Below, in pieces: positions 37,401-49,603 of a stretch of DNA of 64,000 bases (position 1 is its first letter; each line of letters opens with the position of its first letter). Origin of the DNA: Eledone cirrhosa (lineage: Eukaryota); NCBI GenBank assembly GCA_964016885.1, contig OZ024743.1, positions 219,232,001-219,296,000 on the forward strand. The letters run 5' to 3'. The position numbers and the translations under genes were made by a program. The notes beneath the pieces were generated by a model that ran no database searches, was not told the DNA's origin, and saw nothing but the letters and a program-made list of their open reading frames with translations.

Positions 37401-38167
37401 GATAGCAAGTATGAAGTTACAGATGTATGACAATAAATGGTGAAATGAAGAAGTATGATGTCATGTGTGTGTGATGGAATTTGACAGGATGAGGGTCATG
37501 GATAATGGTGATGTAAATAGTTATCAAAGAGGTATGTCTGATTTGGTGGGGTTTAACAGAGGATGGGGTAGAAGTACTTTTGGATAGAGTGGATAGGAGC
37601 GACGGTATGGGGATGTATGGGTGGGATGGAACAGGTCATATCACATCTGCACTGAGGAAACATTAGGTGGGGCGGGGCATGTATAGGGGGTGGTGGCTTT
37701 AATGGATGCTATTGCTGAAATGGAGGAAAGGTACCCTGTTTTTATTGATGGACCTTCACCATTACCATGTCAATAACCCAATCAGGGTCCTGTGTCATTC
37801 CATCATGATGTTCAGCTTTCTGTGATCAGCCTTCAGTACATCATCCCATGTCTACCTGGGTCTACCTCTTCTACAAGTCTCTCAGCCACTGAGCTTTCTC
37901 TGCACTTCTTTATACAGCTGTCATTCTCCAACTCTATCACATGTGTATACCAGCGCACTCATACATTGGATTCCTCTTATACCAATGTTGTGGATCATAG
38001 ATTTGACTGACGAGCCCTCTCTACCCTAAAGCAGCAGTGTTTAGGGAATGAGAGCAGGGATAAGAAGGGTAGTTAGAATGAAGTCATGGCTTGGGTTCAG
38101 ACAATAGGTGGTGGGGATCATCATCATCACCATTTAACATCCATTTTCCACACTAACATATATATTA

Positions 38168-38733
38168 CTAGCAGTGCTACCCGGCGTTGCACGGGATAAG
38201 GTATTGTGAAATATATAACCGCCTTAGCTAAGCTTAGTATTGCCACAACCACGGCTGGCAAAGAAGTAAGGGTCTGGTGGTATGTAAGTAAGCAACACTG
38301 TGGCTTAAAACGTGAGGAAGAAGTTGTGTGCACTTGAGGAATGAGTGTGAGATGTCTTGAGCAAGGGTGACAGAATAACCGGATGCAGCAGACAGCCAGA
38401 CATACAGACAGATATTATAAGGGCGCGTTCTGGACGCAGAGCGAATTGTAGGAAGTGACGTAATGCAGACAGTCAGACATACAGACAGATATTATAAGGG
38501 CGCGACGTTATATGTATGTATCTATCTAAAAAGAGAAAGACTAAGAATTATAGAGCGAAATCGCTAAATCGCCTAATGGGCATTGAAAATTTGAATTTTC
38601 TTTTGCTCAGAACACTCCCTGAAACATAAGTATTACATGTGTAAAGTTTGAAAACAGTCGGTTGGGTGGTTCTCGAGTTTTAGGGATTCAAACTCACACA
38701 CACACACACACAGACAGACATCCTCAGTTTTAG
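38168..38733 (-). mobile_element. Non-autonomous Helitron-like element
   Basis: Minus-strand 3' end CCCGTGCAACGCCGGG hairpin followed by CTAG|T; (AC)n/(ACAG)n tract near the other end. Confidence 0.7.
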
Positions 38734-38939
38734 ATAATACATTTTAATCTTGTCTATGTGAAACTATATGCTAGAATATATAATGAAATAAACCATTATC
38801 ACCATTTTATGTTTGCTGGGAGCAAGAAGTTTGCATATGTTGTGTGATGTGAGAATCAGAGATGTGAGGTGTTCTGGATTGTGAGAGTTGTCATTTTAGA
38901 GAAGATATGAAGGTAGGGAAAGGAGTTAAATCATCAGGG

Positions 38940-40120
38940 ACAGTTGCTGATATGCTAAAAATATCTAGTGAAATAGGTAGATCACTCAGATAGTCAATAA
39001 GATACGCTATGACTGGTATCAAATGCTACAAGGGCAGTAACTTTCATACCTTGGTCAATCAAATTATTGGACCAAGGTATGAAAGTTACACAACATAATT
39101 ATAGAGGATTAGCTAAGATAAGATGCAGTTCAACTTTATGCCAGGGAAAAGTACTACCTTCTTCCTTGTGAGAAAACTACAGAAGAACTTAGCTAGGAAT
39201 AAGCCACAATATTCATTCATTGACCTGAGAAGGCCTTTGACAAGGTTTATGCTCTGTAGTTTGGTGATATCTAAGGAAACTATAGGTACAAGCCATATAT
39301 AGAGGTGTAGTCTGCAAAGTAAAAGTGAGCAGTAGCAAATTTAGTATAAAGGTAGAGATACATCAGGGCTGATTTCTCAGCCTTCTCCTGTTTATTATAG
39401 TCCTCCAGGACATCACAAAGGAGTTTATAACTACCTATCTATGGGAACTCATATCTGCTGATGATCTAGTTCTTATAGCTGAATCTGTAGAAAATTGAAA
39501 GAAGGAATTCCAGACATGGAAACTGAGCCTAGAATTATAAAAGCCTCAAGATAAACTTAGCAAAGACTAAAGTTTTAGTAAGTAGGAAAGAACAACGCCC
39601 TGCTACACTAGGGATTTGGCTGTGTTCAATATGCAGAAAGTGTATAGATAGAAATTCCATGCAATGTATCTAATGTAAATTAGGGATGCACAAGAGATGT
39701 AGTAGGATCATAGGAAGGCTATTAGAGAAGATTGACTTCGTATGTAGCAGATGCACAGGAGTAGTTAGCAGTAAGTGTATACATGAAGTAAATTCTTTCA
39801 AATGTTTGGGCAGTTCCCAAGAGGTAGTTGATAAGTTTTATTACTTCTGTCACCTAATTATCAGTGGAGATGGTGTTCCAGAAGCATAGTAGCCAGAAAA
39901 AGAACAGAGATAAAAAGGCTCAGGGAGCTATTACCTCTGCAGGAAACAAAGGGTGTCTCACAAACAGATTGTATGATTGCTTGAGTAGAAAATACGATGC
40001 TGCGAAGTAGTGAGATGTGGGCAATGAATGTGGAGGGTATGCAACTAGAAAGAAATGAAGTGAGCATGCTTTGCTGGATGCGTAATATTAGTGTGCAGGA
40101 ATGATGGAGAACAAACATGC
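38940..40120 (+). mobile_element. Highly decayed RTE LINE fragment
   Basis: Eroded DLEKAFD, HQG..LSLLLF, SADDLVL and HKRCS motifs with many stops. Confidence 0.85.
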
Positions 40121-40727
40121 TGAAAGGCTGAGTGGCTAGAGTGTTGGAGTTAAGATCATAATATTTTTTTATTCAATGTACCATGCTGCTTATGTGACAA
40201 AGGACAATATTGGGTCTGACTGTAGTCAATCCACCCCCACCATCATCATTTATCAATCTACTACTAGTATGCACCACTTTCCCTTACCTTCCCCTCCTCC
40301 CTTCTATACACCTCCCACATCCTAAGACTCCACCAATGTCTTAACTCTCCAATTTCATCCACACTCCTACACTCCCACCCTTCACTAGATAATTGCCCCA
40401 CATTAGATCTACCTTTCCAATCTCTATGCACCTCACCCCATCTCCCAGCTCACACTATAAAGTGGTCGTTTTTGTGACACAACAAAAAGCGCCCAGTCCA
40501 CACTGTAAATGTGGTTGGTGTTAGGAGAGCCAAAATTAGTTCTGTATGACACAACCATCTGATATGGTTTGTCTCACAACAGGACAACTCATGATAGCAT
40601 AGAAAAAGGGATGTTAAACGGTGATGATGACGATAATGATGAGTTTCCTGTTTATATTTATATATGTATAAATGTATATATGTATAAATTATAAATGTAT
40701 AAATGTATAAATGTATAAATTTATATA

Positions 40728-43700
40728 TGTAGAAATGCTAGAGCGAAAGGAAGTTGATGTATGCTGTGTGCAAGAGACTAGATGGAGAGGAGAGTCTGCT
40801 AGAGTCCTTGTAGGAAAAAGCCAGTGCTACAAATTTTTCTGGGTGGGAAATGACGATGGGATGGGTGGTGTAGGTATACTATTAGCTGACAAGTGGGTAG
40901 ATAAAGTAATCTCAGTGTACAGGGTAAATGCAAGAATCATTAAACTCAGACTAGTCCTGAATAAGACAATTACCACAATAATATCAGCTTACGCACCCCA
41001 ATCAGGGCTGCCAGACGAACTTAAGGATAGGTTTTACGAGTCCCTAATACACACTACTGCTCTAACAGACGACAAGGACTTCCTAATCATCGCAGGAGAT
41101 TTTAACGGACACGTAGGTAAACACTGCGACGGCTTCAATAGAGTACATGGAGGCCATGGAGTTGGCACAAGGAATGAGGAAGGATTCAGACTTCTAGAAT
41201 TCTGCGACGCCAATGACATGTCGATATGTAACACAAACTTTAAAAAACCCGACAACCACCTGATCACCTATAGATCAGGGGAGCACTCTCATCAGTTAGA
41301 TTTTATCCTCATCAGAGGACGTGACAGATGGACGGTCGTAAACACAAAAGCCTTCCTTAGTGAGGAATGTACATCCCAACATAGCTTAGTTGTCAGCGAC
41401 CTCACGGTCAGAACTAGACGAACCCGGAAACAGAGGCCAACCTGGAGAAGAAAGATCTGGAAGCTGAAAGTCCCCTCAACCAGTAACAGATTTAAAGATA
41501 TTTTACTCAACGCCTACGACAGTAAAGAAGAACAGATAGAGACATTTAACGTAGAAGAGAACTGGGAGTTCCTAAAAAATAATTTACTAGAGGCGACGGA
41601 CGAGGTCTGTGGCTGGAGTAAGACCTCAAGCAGGAGGAGAGTGACTTGGTGGTGGAACAATAAGGTAGATGAAGCAGTTAAGGCCAAGAGACAGGCATGG
41701 AAAGAATGGAAGAACGGGGGGAGCAGGGTACATTACATAGAGACCAAGAGGGAAGCTAGGCGACAAGTATACTTAGCTAGGAGGGAAGCAGAGGATAGAA
41801 AATTCAAGCATGTTTTACAACGTGAGGACCAGAAACAGGAGGTATTCAAGATTGCGAGGCAGTGTGTCAGAGATAGTTGCGATGTCATTGGAGAGAAGTG
41901 TATCCGGAATGATAAAGGTGAGCTTGCCCTCACAAGTGCTGAGAAGAAAGATGCATGGAAGAGTCATTATGATAGATTACTAAATCAGGAGAATGCATGG
42001 GAAGAAGAGACCCTACCCCAAGTAGACCCTATAGAGGGACCAGCAGTACAAGTCAGCAGCAGCGTAGTAAGTAAGGCAATCAAAGATATGAAGATGGGGA
42101 AGGCACCGGTCCATCGGGTATATCTGCCGAGATGCTGAAGGCATCTGGGTCTGTAGGTCACACTATAACCACACGTATCGTTAACCAGGTAATACTAGAA
42201 GGGGCCATACCAAAAGATTGGTGCAGTAGCATCATTGTCAACTGCTACAAAGGTAAAGGCGATGCACTAGATAGAGGAAACTATAGAGGTATAAAGTTGA
42301 TGGACCAGGTCATGAAAGTAACAGAAAGAGTTATAGCACAGCTGATTAGGGACCGGGTGAATATAGACGAGATGCAATTTGGGTTTGTACCAGGAAGAGG
42401 CACCACTGATGCCCTCTTCCTTGTGAGGCAATTACAGGAAAAGTACCTAGCTAAAAGTAAGCCACTCTACTTGGCATTTGTCGACCTTGAGAAAGCCTTT
42501 GACAGAGTTCCAAGTGCTGTAATCTGGTGGGCTCTTAGAAAACTAGGAGTAGATGAATGGCTTGTGAAAGCGGTACAAGCCATGTATAGGGGAGCAGTCA
42601 GCAAAGTTAGATTTAGCAATGAGTATAGCGAGGAATTTAGCGTACAGGTTGGGGTCCACCAGGGCTCTGTTCTTAGCCCTCTCCTGTTCATCATAGTCCT
42701 GCAGGCAATAACGGAGGAATTTAAAACCGGATGCCCATGGGAACTCCTGTATGCTGATAACCTCGCACTCATAGCTGAATCTATGATAGAACTAGAGAAT
42801 AAATTCCAAACCTGGAAGCAGGGACTAGAGAGAAAGGGTCTCAAAGTCAACATGACAAAGACTAAGGTCCTTGTAAGTAGACGAGAAAACAGAACCCAGA
42901 TCCCCTCAGGGAAATGGCCTTGCTCAGTATGTAGGAAAGGTGTAGGTAGGAACTCCATTCTCTGCCCCAAATGCAAACAATGGGTACACAAGAGATGTAG
43001 CGGGATCTCAGGAAGCTTAATTAAGAATGTAGGATTCACATGCAGCAGCTGTGCTGAAACAGCAAGCAGCAAACAGCCACAGGAAACAAGTACCACCAAT
43101 CTCTGGGAGGGCCCTGTAGAAACAGTAGACAGCTTCTGCTACCTAGGTGACCGAATTAGCAACGGAGGTGGGTGTTCAGAAAGTACAATAACTAGGGTAA
43201 GAACGGGATGGAAGAAGTTTAGGGAACTACTACCACTGCTAGCTGCAAAAGGCTTCTCCCTCAGAATGAAAGGCAGACTGTATGATGCATGTATCCGAAC
43301 AGCGATGTTGCATGGTAGTGAGACCTGGGCGCTGAAGGTGGAAGACTTACGTAGATTAGAGAGAAACGAAGCCTGCATGCTCCGATGGATGTGTAACAGT
43401 AATATACATGAACGACAAAGCATAAATGAATTGAGAGAGAGACTGAGCATAAGAGGAATCAAATGCTGTGTGCAGGAGAGGCGGTTGCGCTGGTATGGAC
43501 ATGTGATGCGTATGAAGGATGACAGCTGCATAAAAAGGTGCAGAGCACTAGAAGTTGATGGAAACCGCGGAGTGGGGAGACCCAAGATGACCTGGGATGA
43601 GGTGATAAAAGCCGACCTTACCCAATTACACCTCTCAAAGACAATGGCACACGACCGTGACTTCTGGCGTCACGCAGTAATACAGAGCACCCGACCTCCC

Positions 43701-44031
43701 ATGGGTACATGCTGAAGCATATAAACAATATGCCCCCCCCCCCCCCCCCCACCCACCCACCCCACCGCAAGGTGGTCGTGGAGGTGCCATGGCAAAAAAG
43801 CACCCAGCCCACACTGTAAAGTGGACGTGTAGGCGCCACGAAAAAGCACCCAGCACTCACTGTAAATGAGGTTGGTGTTAGGAAGGGCATCCAGCTGTAG
43901 AAATCAAGCCAGATCAGTTCCTGTATGAGCAAGGCATGGTCATCCGACCAGACACTGCACACAACAGGACAACCCGTCTAACCCATGCTAGCGTGGAAGA
44001 ACGGACGTAAAACGGTGATGATGATGATGAT
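40728..44031 (+). mobile_element. Young near-full-length RTE LINE (copy A2): APE + RT, 1-bp frameshift near 42105, YADN
   Basis: VDVCCVQETRW, SAYAPQ, AGDFNGHVG (APE); GCACCGGT versus GCAACCGGT in A1 splits the ORFs 40711-42138 and 42132-43715; (GAT)n tail. Confidence 0.97.
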
Positions 44032-44885
44032 ATATATTTGTATATCTATCTATCTATTTATATATATATCATCATCATTGTTTTAACGTTTGCTTTGCCT
44101 GTTAGCAAGGGTTGAACAGGTCTACGTAGACCAAGTCAGTACTGAAGTAGTGGCTACTGATCTCCCAGACAAGCCAAGCATCTGTCATCCCGCTTATGTA
44201 TGGTCACACATTCTATCGAGTGCACAAGGAAGGCTGTCATGTCTTTGACACAACTGAGGGTTCGCCCATCCTTTGTTTGACACGCTTTTTATGGCTGGAT
44301 GCCCTTCCTATCACCAACCACTTTACAGCATGAATTGAGCATATCTATCTATAAATAAATATATATAGGTCTGTATGTCTCTGTAGCAATTTAACCTTTT
44401 AAGTCTCCACCATTATGCTGGTTTTTGGCCAATGTCAAATGGCACGGAGGAATCCTTGGTTGTGATTAATGAATGGCATTTTCTAAGGACAGTAGAATTC
44501 CTGAGCCACCTAGCAATCCCAACCCTTGTATCACACCTAGCAACTTACAATGCATGGCATTGGTGCTTGTGCGACATTCAGGGATGGTTTGCTATTACAA
44601 TAACACTGTATTGGCAAGTCATCCCCGTATCAAATCAGTCCTCTATTTTTTATTTTCTGTTAGCGTTCGCCACAATCCGCTTATCTTATGGAACTAATAT
44701 TGCAATTAACACCTGATGAAATCGTCTAAGTCTTGCACCATGATCGGATGATGAAGTTTGGCCAACAAAATATGTATAGTGTTTTCGCGGAATTAAAATT
44801 CTAAAGAAAGTTTCCAGTTCGGCTTTCTGTTTTTAATGAGTGTGTCTCTCTCTCTCTCTATATATATATGTTTTAATATAGAAAA

Positions 44886-44934
44886 ACTTCTATAGGACTA
44901 GAACTATTTCATTCGTCAGAAATCATCAGGAAGC
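44886..44934 (-). ncRNA. Complete type-I hammerhead fold on the opposite strand (sense to the SLC12A9 pre-mRNA)
   Basis: Reverse complement reads GCTTC-CTGATGA-T-TTC tgac GAA-T-GAAA-TAG ttctagtc CTA-TA-GAAGT. Confidence 0.75.
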
Positions 44935-44985
44935 AGCTTCCTGATGATTTCTCACGAATGAAACAGTTCTAGTCCTGTAGAAGCT
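44935..44985 (+). ncRNA. Complete type-I hammerhead ribozyme fold
   Basis: AGCTTC-CTGATGA-T-TTC tcac GAA-T-GAAA-CAG ttctagtc CTG-TA-GAAGCT: 6-bp stem I, intact core, stem III A-CAG/CTG-T, cleavage triplet GUA. Confidence 0.8.
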
Positions 44986-45068
44986 TTTCTATATTAAAAT
45001 ATTTATACTCTGCTATGTATTGAGTACCTTACTTACTGTGGTTACTCCCGATTGAACCCGGAATAACT

Positions 45069-45116
<48 letters not shown>

Positions 45117-45144
45117 CACACACATATATATATATATATATATG

Positions 45145-45370
45145 ACAGTCCACGCTGTAATGTGGCCGTGTAGGCAACACGGTAAAAACCTCCCAGCCCC
45201 ACACTGTAAATGTGGTTGGTGTTAGGAAGGGCATCCAACTGTAGAAAGCCCGCCAGACAGTCCTATGCGAGCAAGACAACCACTCTTGCCTCAAGTGGGA
45301 AAACTCCCGTCCAAACCCATGCAAGCATGGAACACGGACGTTAAACGATGATGATGATGATGATGATGAT
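45145..45370 (+). mobile_element. 3' end of another RTE subfamily
   Basis: ggaagggcatcc core, cccgtccaaacccatgcaagcatgg terminus, (GAT)n tail; similar to 63540-63760. Confidence 0.8.
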
Positions 45371-45472
45371 ATATATATATGTATGTATGTATATATGTAT
45401 GTATGTATATACATATATACACACACATACAGACAAAAGTGGACACAAAAGGATGATATATATACACACATG

Positions 45473-46917
45473 TCATCATCATCATCATCATCACCGTTTT
45501 ACGTCCGTTCTTCCACGCTAGCATGGGTTAGACGGGTTGTCCTGTTGTGGGCAGTGTCTGGTCGGCTGACCATGCCTTGCTCATACAGGAACTGATCTGG
45601 CTTGATTTCTACAGCTGGATGCCCTTCCTAACACCAACCTCATTTACAGTGAGTGCTGGGTGCTTTTTCGTGGCGCCTACACGTCCACTTTACAGTGTGG
45701 GCTGGGTGCTTTTTTGCCGTGGCACCTCCACGACCACCTTGCGGTGGGGGGGGGGGGGGGGCATATTGTTTATATGCTTCAGCATGTACCCATGGGAGGT
45801 CGGGTACCCTGTATTACTGCGTGACGCCAGAAGTCACGGTCGTGTGTCATTGACTTTGAGAGGTGTAGTTGGGTAAGGTCGGCTTTTATCACCTCATCCC
45901 AAGTCATCTTGGGTCTCCCCACTCCGCGGTTTCCATCAACTTCTAGTGCTCTGCACCTTTTTATGCAGCTGTCATCCTTCATACGCATCACATGTCCATA
46001 CCAGCGTAACCGCCTCTCCTGCACGCAGCATTTGATTCCTCTTATGCTCAGTCTCTCTCTCAATTCCTTTATGCTTTGTCGTTCACGTATATTACTGTTA
46101 CACATCCATCGGAGCATGCAGGCTTCGTTTCTCTCTAATCTACGTAAGTCTTCCACCTTCAGCGCCCAGGTCTCACTACCATGCAACATCGCTGTTCGGA
46201 TACACGCATCATACAGTCTGCCTTTCATTCTGAGGGAGAAGCCTTTTGCAGCTAGCAGTGGTAGTAGTTCCCTAAACTTCTTCCATCCCGTTCTTACCCT
46301 AGTTATTGTACTTTCTGAGCACCCACCTCCGTTGCTAATTCGGTCACCTAGGTAGCAGAAGCTGTCTACTGTTTCTATAGGGCCCTCCCAGAGATTGGTG
46401 GTACTTGTTTCCTGTGGCTGTTTGCTTGCTGTTTCAGCACAGCTGCTGCATGTGAATCCTACATTCTTAATTAAGCTTCCTGAGATCCCGCTACATCTCT
46501 TGTGTACCCATTGTTTGCATTTGGGGCAGAGAATGGAGTTCCTACCTACACCTTTCCTACATACTGAGCAAGGCCATTTCCCTGAGGGGATCTGGGTTCT
46601 GTTTTCTCGTCTACTTATAAGGACCTTAGTCTTTGTCATGTTGACTTTGAGGCCCTTTCTCTCTAGTCCCTGCTTCCAGGTTTGGAATTTATTCTCTAGT
46701 TCTACCATAGATTCAGCTATGAGTGCGAGGTCATCAGCATACAGGAGTTCCCATGGGCATCCGGTCTTAAACTCCTCCGTTATTGCCTGCAGGACTATGA
46801 TGAACAGGAGAGGGCTAAGAACAGAGCCCTGGTGGACCCCAACCTGTACGCTAAATTCCTCGCTATACTCATTGCCAATCCTAACTTTGCTGACTGCTCC
46901 CCTATACATAGCTTGTA
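45473..46917 (-). mobile_element. Young 5'-truncated RTE LINE (copy A3) with intact YADD
   Basis: ORF QAMYRGAVSK...LLYADD...RPPMGTC*; same 3' UTR as A1/A2; (CAT)n at 45473-45493. Confidence 0.97.
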
Positions 46918-47653
46918 TATATGTATATACATGTAATAATATATACATGTATATACAGTAATAATATATACATGTATATATTATTACTGCTAAAACACTT
47001 CCTGTACAGCTGAGATGCAGAGTACTTCATTTGTATATCCATTGCAAAGGATGATGATGAAGTAGAGAAAATTGAACCCATTTTATCATCTTGCAGGATT
47101 GTTGGTGAACTTCAAGAAAATTATATTAATGAAGATACAAAGTACTACAGAAAACAACAATTCTTTCTGGTTGAAAGTGATGAAACGAAAGTGAAAATAG
47201 AGTAGAAGGAGGGAGAGGTTTATGTTGTTATAGTGGTCTGTGTGTGCGCATACGTATAGCCAAAGCCTTGATAGAGAGATCCTATAGTAGCATATCTGCA
47301 AATATTAAAACGCAAATAGTTGTACACGGAACAAAATAGTTGTAGCTTTTCAATTTGTCCAGACTGAAGAATATATTGTTATTAACTTAAAGTTCGCTAT
47401 CATAAAATATATATAAATCTCACATGGTGAACACATTTATATAAACAGTTCTATTTGTGTATGTATTGTATACAGACATTACTTTTACTATTCTAAACCA
47501 TACACGCACACGTTTGTACATGTGTGTATATATGTGGCAGAAATTTTCTCTCTGTATATATCGTATTTGTATTCTTCTATTTACAGTGATTATATATATA
47601 TTCAATGTACTGTGTCATTTGCTTTGTTATTTCTGTTTACTTTTTACACACAC

Positions 47654-47712
<59 letters not shown>

Positions 47713-47929
47713 TAGATAATCATATTTGTATTCTTGTATATACAGTGATGATTACAGACAGTGCTGTATATAAAGCGGAAATTATTGTTTGAGTGCATAC
47801 GTTTTAATATGTAAACACGCCCACATAAATGTTGCTATAATGCGGTCTGTACATACGTATACGTATTAAACGTATTATGCTTATGATTCAGAATGAATAC
47901 ACACACACACATATACACCTGTAGATAAA

Positions 47930-48230
<301 letters not shown>

Positions 48231-48363
48231 GACCCCGATGGTTGAGCTCCGGCTGTTTCGACAGCTAGATCCGATCAATTTAAAATGGGTATATACGCAT
48301 TTTAAATTGATCGCATACGTTCTATTTTATGGGTATATCACATTTTTATACATCAAATATTGT

Positions 48364-48421
48364 ATTTTGTCTGATGAGGGCATACTATAACTTAATATCC
48401 CTGAAATATATATAACGAAAT
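48364..48421 (+). ncRNA. Hammerhead-like motif, same family as 16333-16390
   Basis: ATTTTGT-CTGATGA-GGG c ATA...TAT CCC-T-GAAA-TATATA-TA-ACGAAAT; downstream tail (atgatgctatagtg...ttattactatta) shared with the 16.4 kb copy; both end in (TA)n. Confidence 0.65.
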
Positions 48422-48460
48422 AAATTATGATGCTATAGTGATATATTTTCCATTTATTAC

Positions 48461-48505
<45 letters not shown>

Positions 48506-49254
48506 TTGGATGACGTAATAACAATAATTAAATATAATAGCCAAAAAGAAATTATTATATTATTCACTCGGAAGAATCTGTTAAAATTAGTTTTGTTTGT
48601 TATTGAAGTTGTTCTTAATTGAATAAATTGATATTTACTTTATCAAATATTGGCTGTCTAATATGGTCTGTGAGTAACGATACGAAAATAGTAAGGGTGT
48701 GCAAATGTTCAAAATATAAACAGTGTATTCCTGCAATGAAACACACTTTGCCTCATATTTTGAGTATTTACTAGAACAATTTGTCATAGTAGAGTCTTTT
48801 GAATCAAATCATTAAATTACTGGTACTTTTTTTAATTTTATATGTGGTTGAAATGAAAAGCAATGTCGATGCTGATTTAAAATAAATGAAGCGAATTAGG
48901 GTGGTTAGTAATTCGCCTGAATCTTCATCGCTCTTTTCAGTCAATTTTCGTCGAAGGGAGATATTGAAGCGTAAAACGATCAAGATATATTACAGTAACT
49001 TATTTTATCGACCACTGGATTGTGGTAGTTGATTGGGACATCTCTCGCACCAAGTAATGAGTCAGAATCAATGATAAATCATTAGTCACAGTCCTGAAAT
49101 ATATTTTCTGGGAAAGTAACTGTGGCGATCGTGCCGTTCCTAAAGAAGTATTTATCTTAGTGAAATGAATATATTTCAAATAGTAATTATCATCATTATA
49201 ATCAATAACAACAATAATAGCAATATCAACAGTGATAAAAGATTAATGAAATAC

Positions 49255-49603
49255 CTGCTCGCAGAAAAAGGAAAGTACTGAACATGGAAAGGGAAACAGG
49301 ACAAAATACTCCTGCGAAGGTTCCCAAGGTCCGCAGGGACGAGGAATCTGGACGTCTGTCATCGTTTCTTCTTTGGGACAATGGGTTGGAGATGCAATCG
49401 TAGGATGGAGGGTAAGTGCTGCTATATTCTAGACTGGCATTACTCAGCGATCGGTGCAGCCTCCAAACCCACTGCGACCTTAAGATCGGAGTGTTCTCCG
49501 AATATACAACCCTGTGGTCATCTCTAAAGCTGTCAGAATCCAAGTCACTCGGAGAAGCGCTGCCGGAGTATTTTGTGGCTTTGTTGTTGTCGACTTCTGC
49601 CAT
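49255..49603 (-). CDS. SLC12A9: SLC12A9-like cation-chloride cotransporter, coding exon 1
   Basis: ATG at 49603-49601, MAEVDNN...RTLGTFAGVFCPVSLSMFSTFLFLRA (SLC12 TM1 motif); donor G|gtattt at 49254; 349 nt, phase 1. Confidence 0.88.

Noticed and set aside
40711-40735. ORF-track ATG as the RTE start codon
   Set aside because: MYKFIY comes from the flanking AT repeat; the element appears 5'-truncated within the endonuclease domain.
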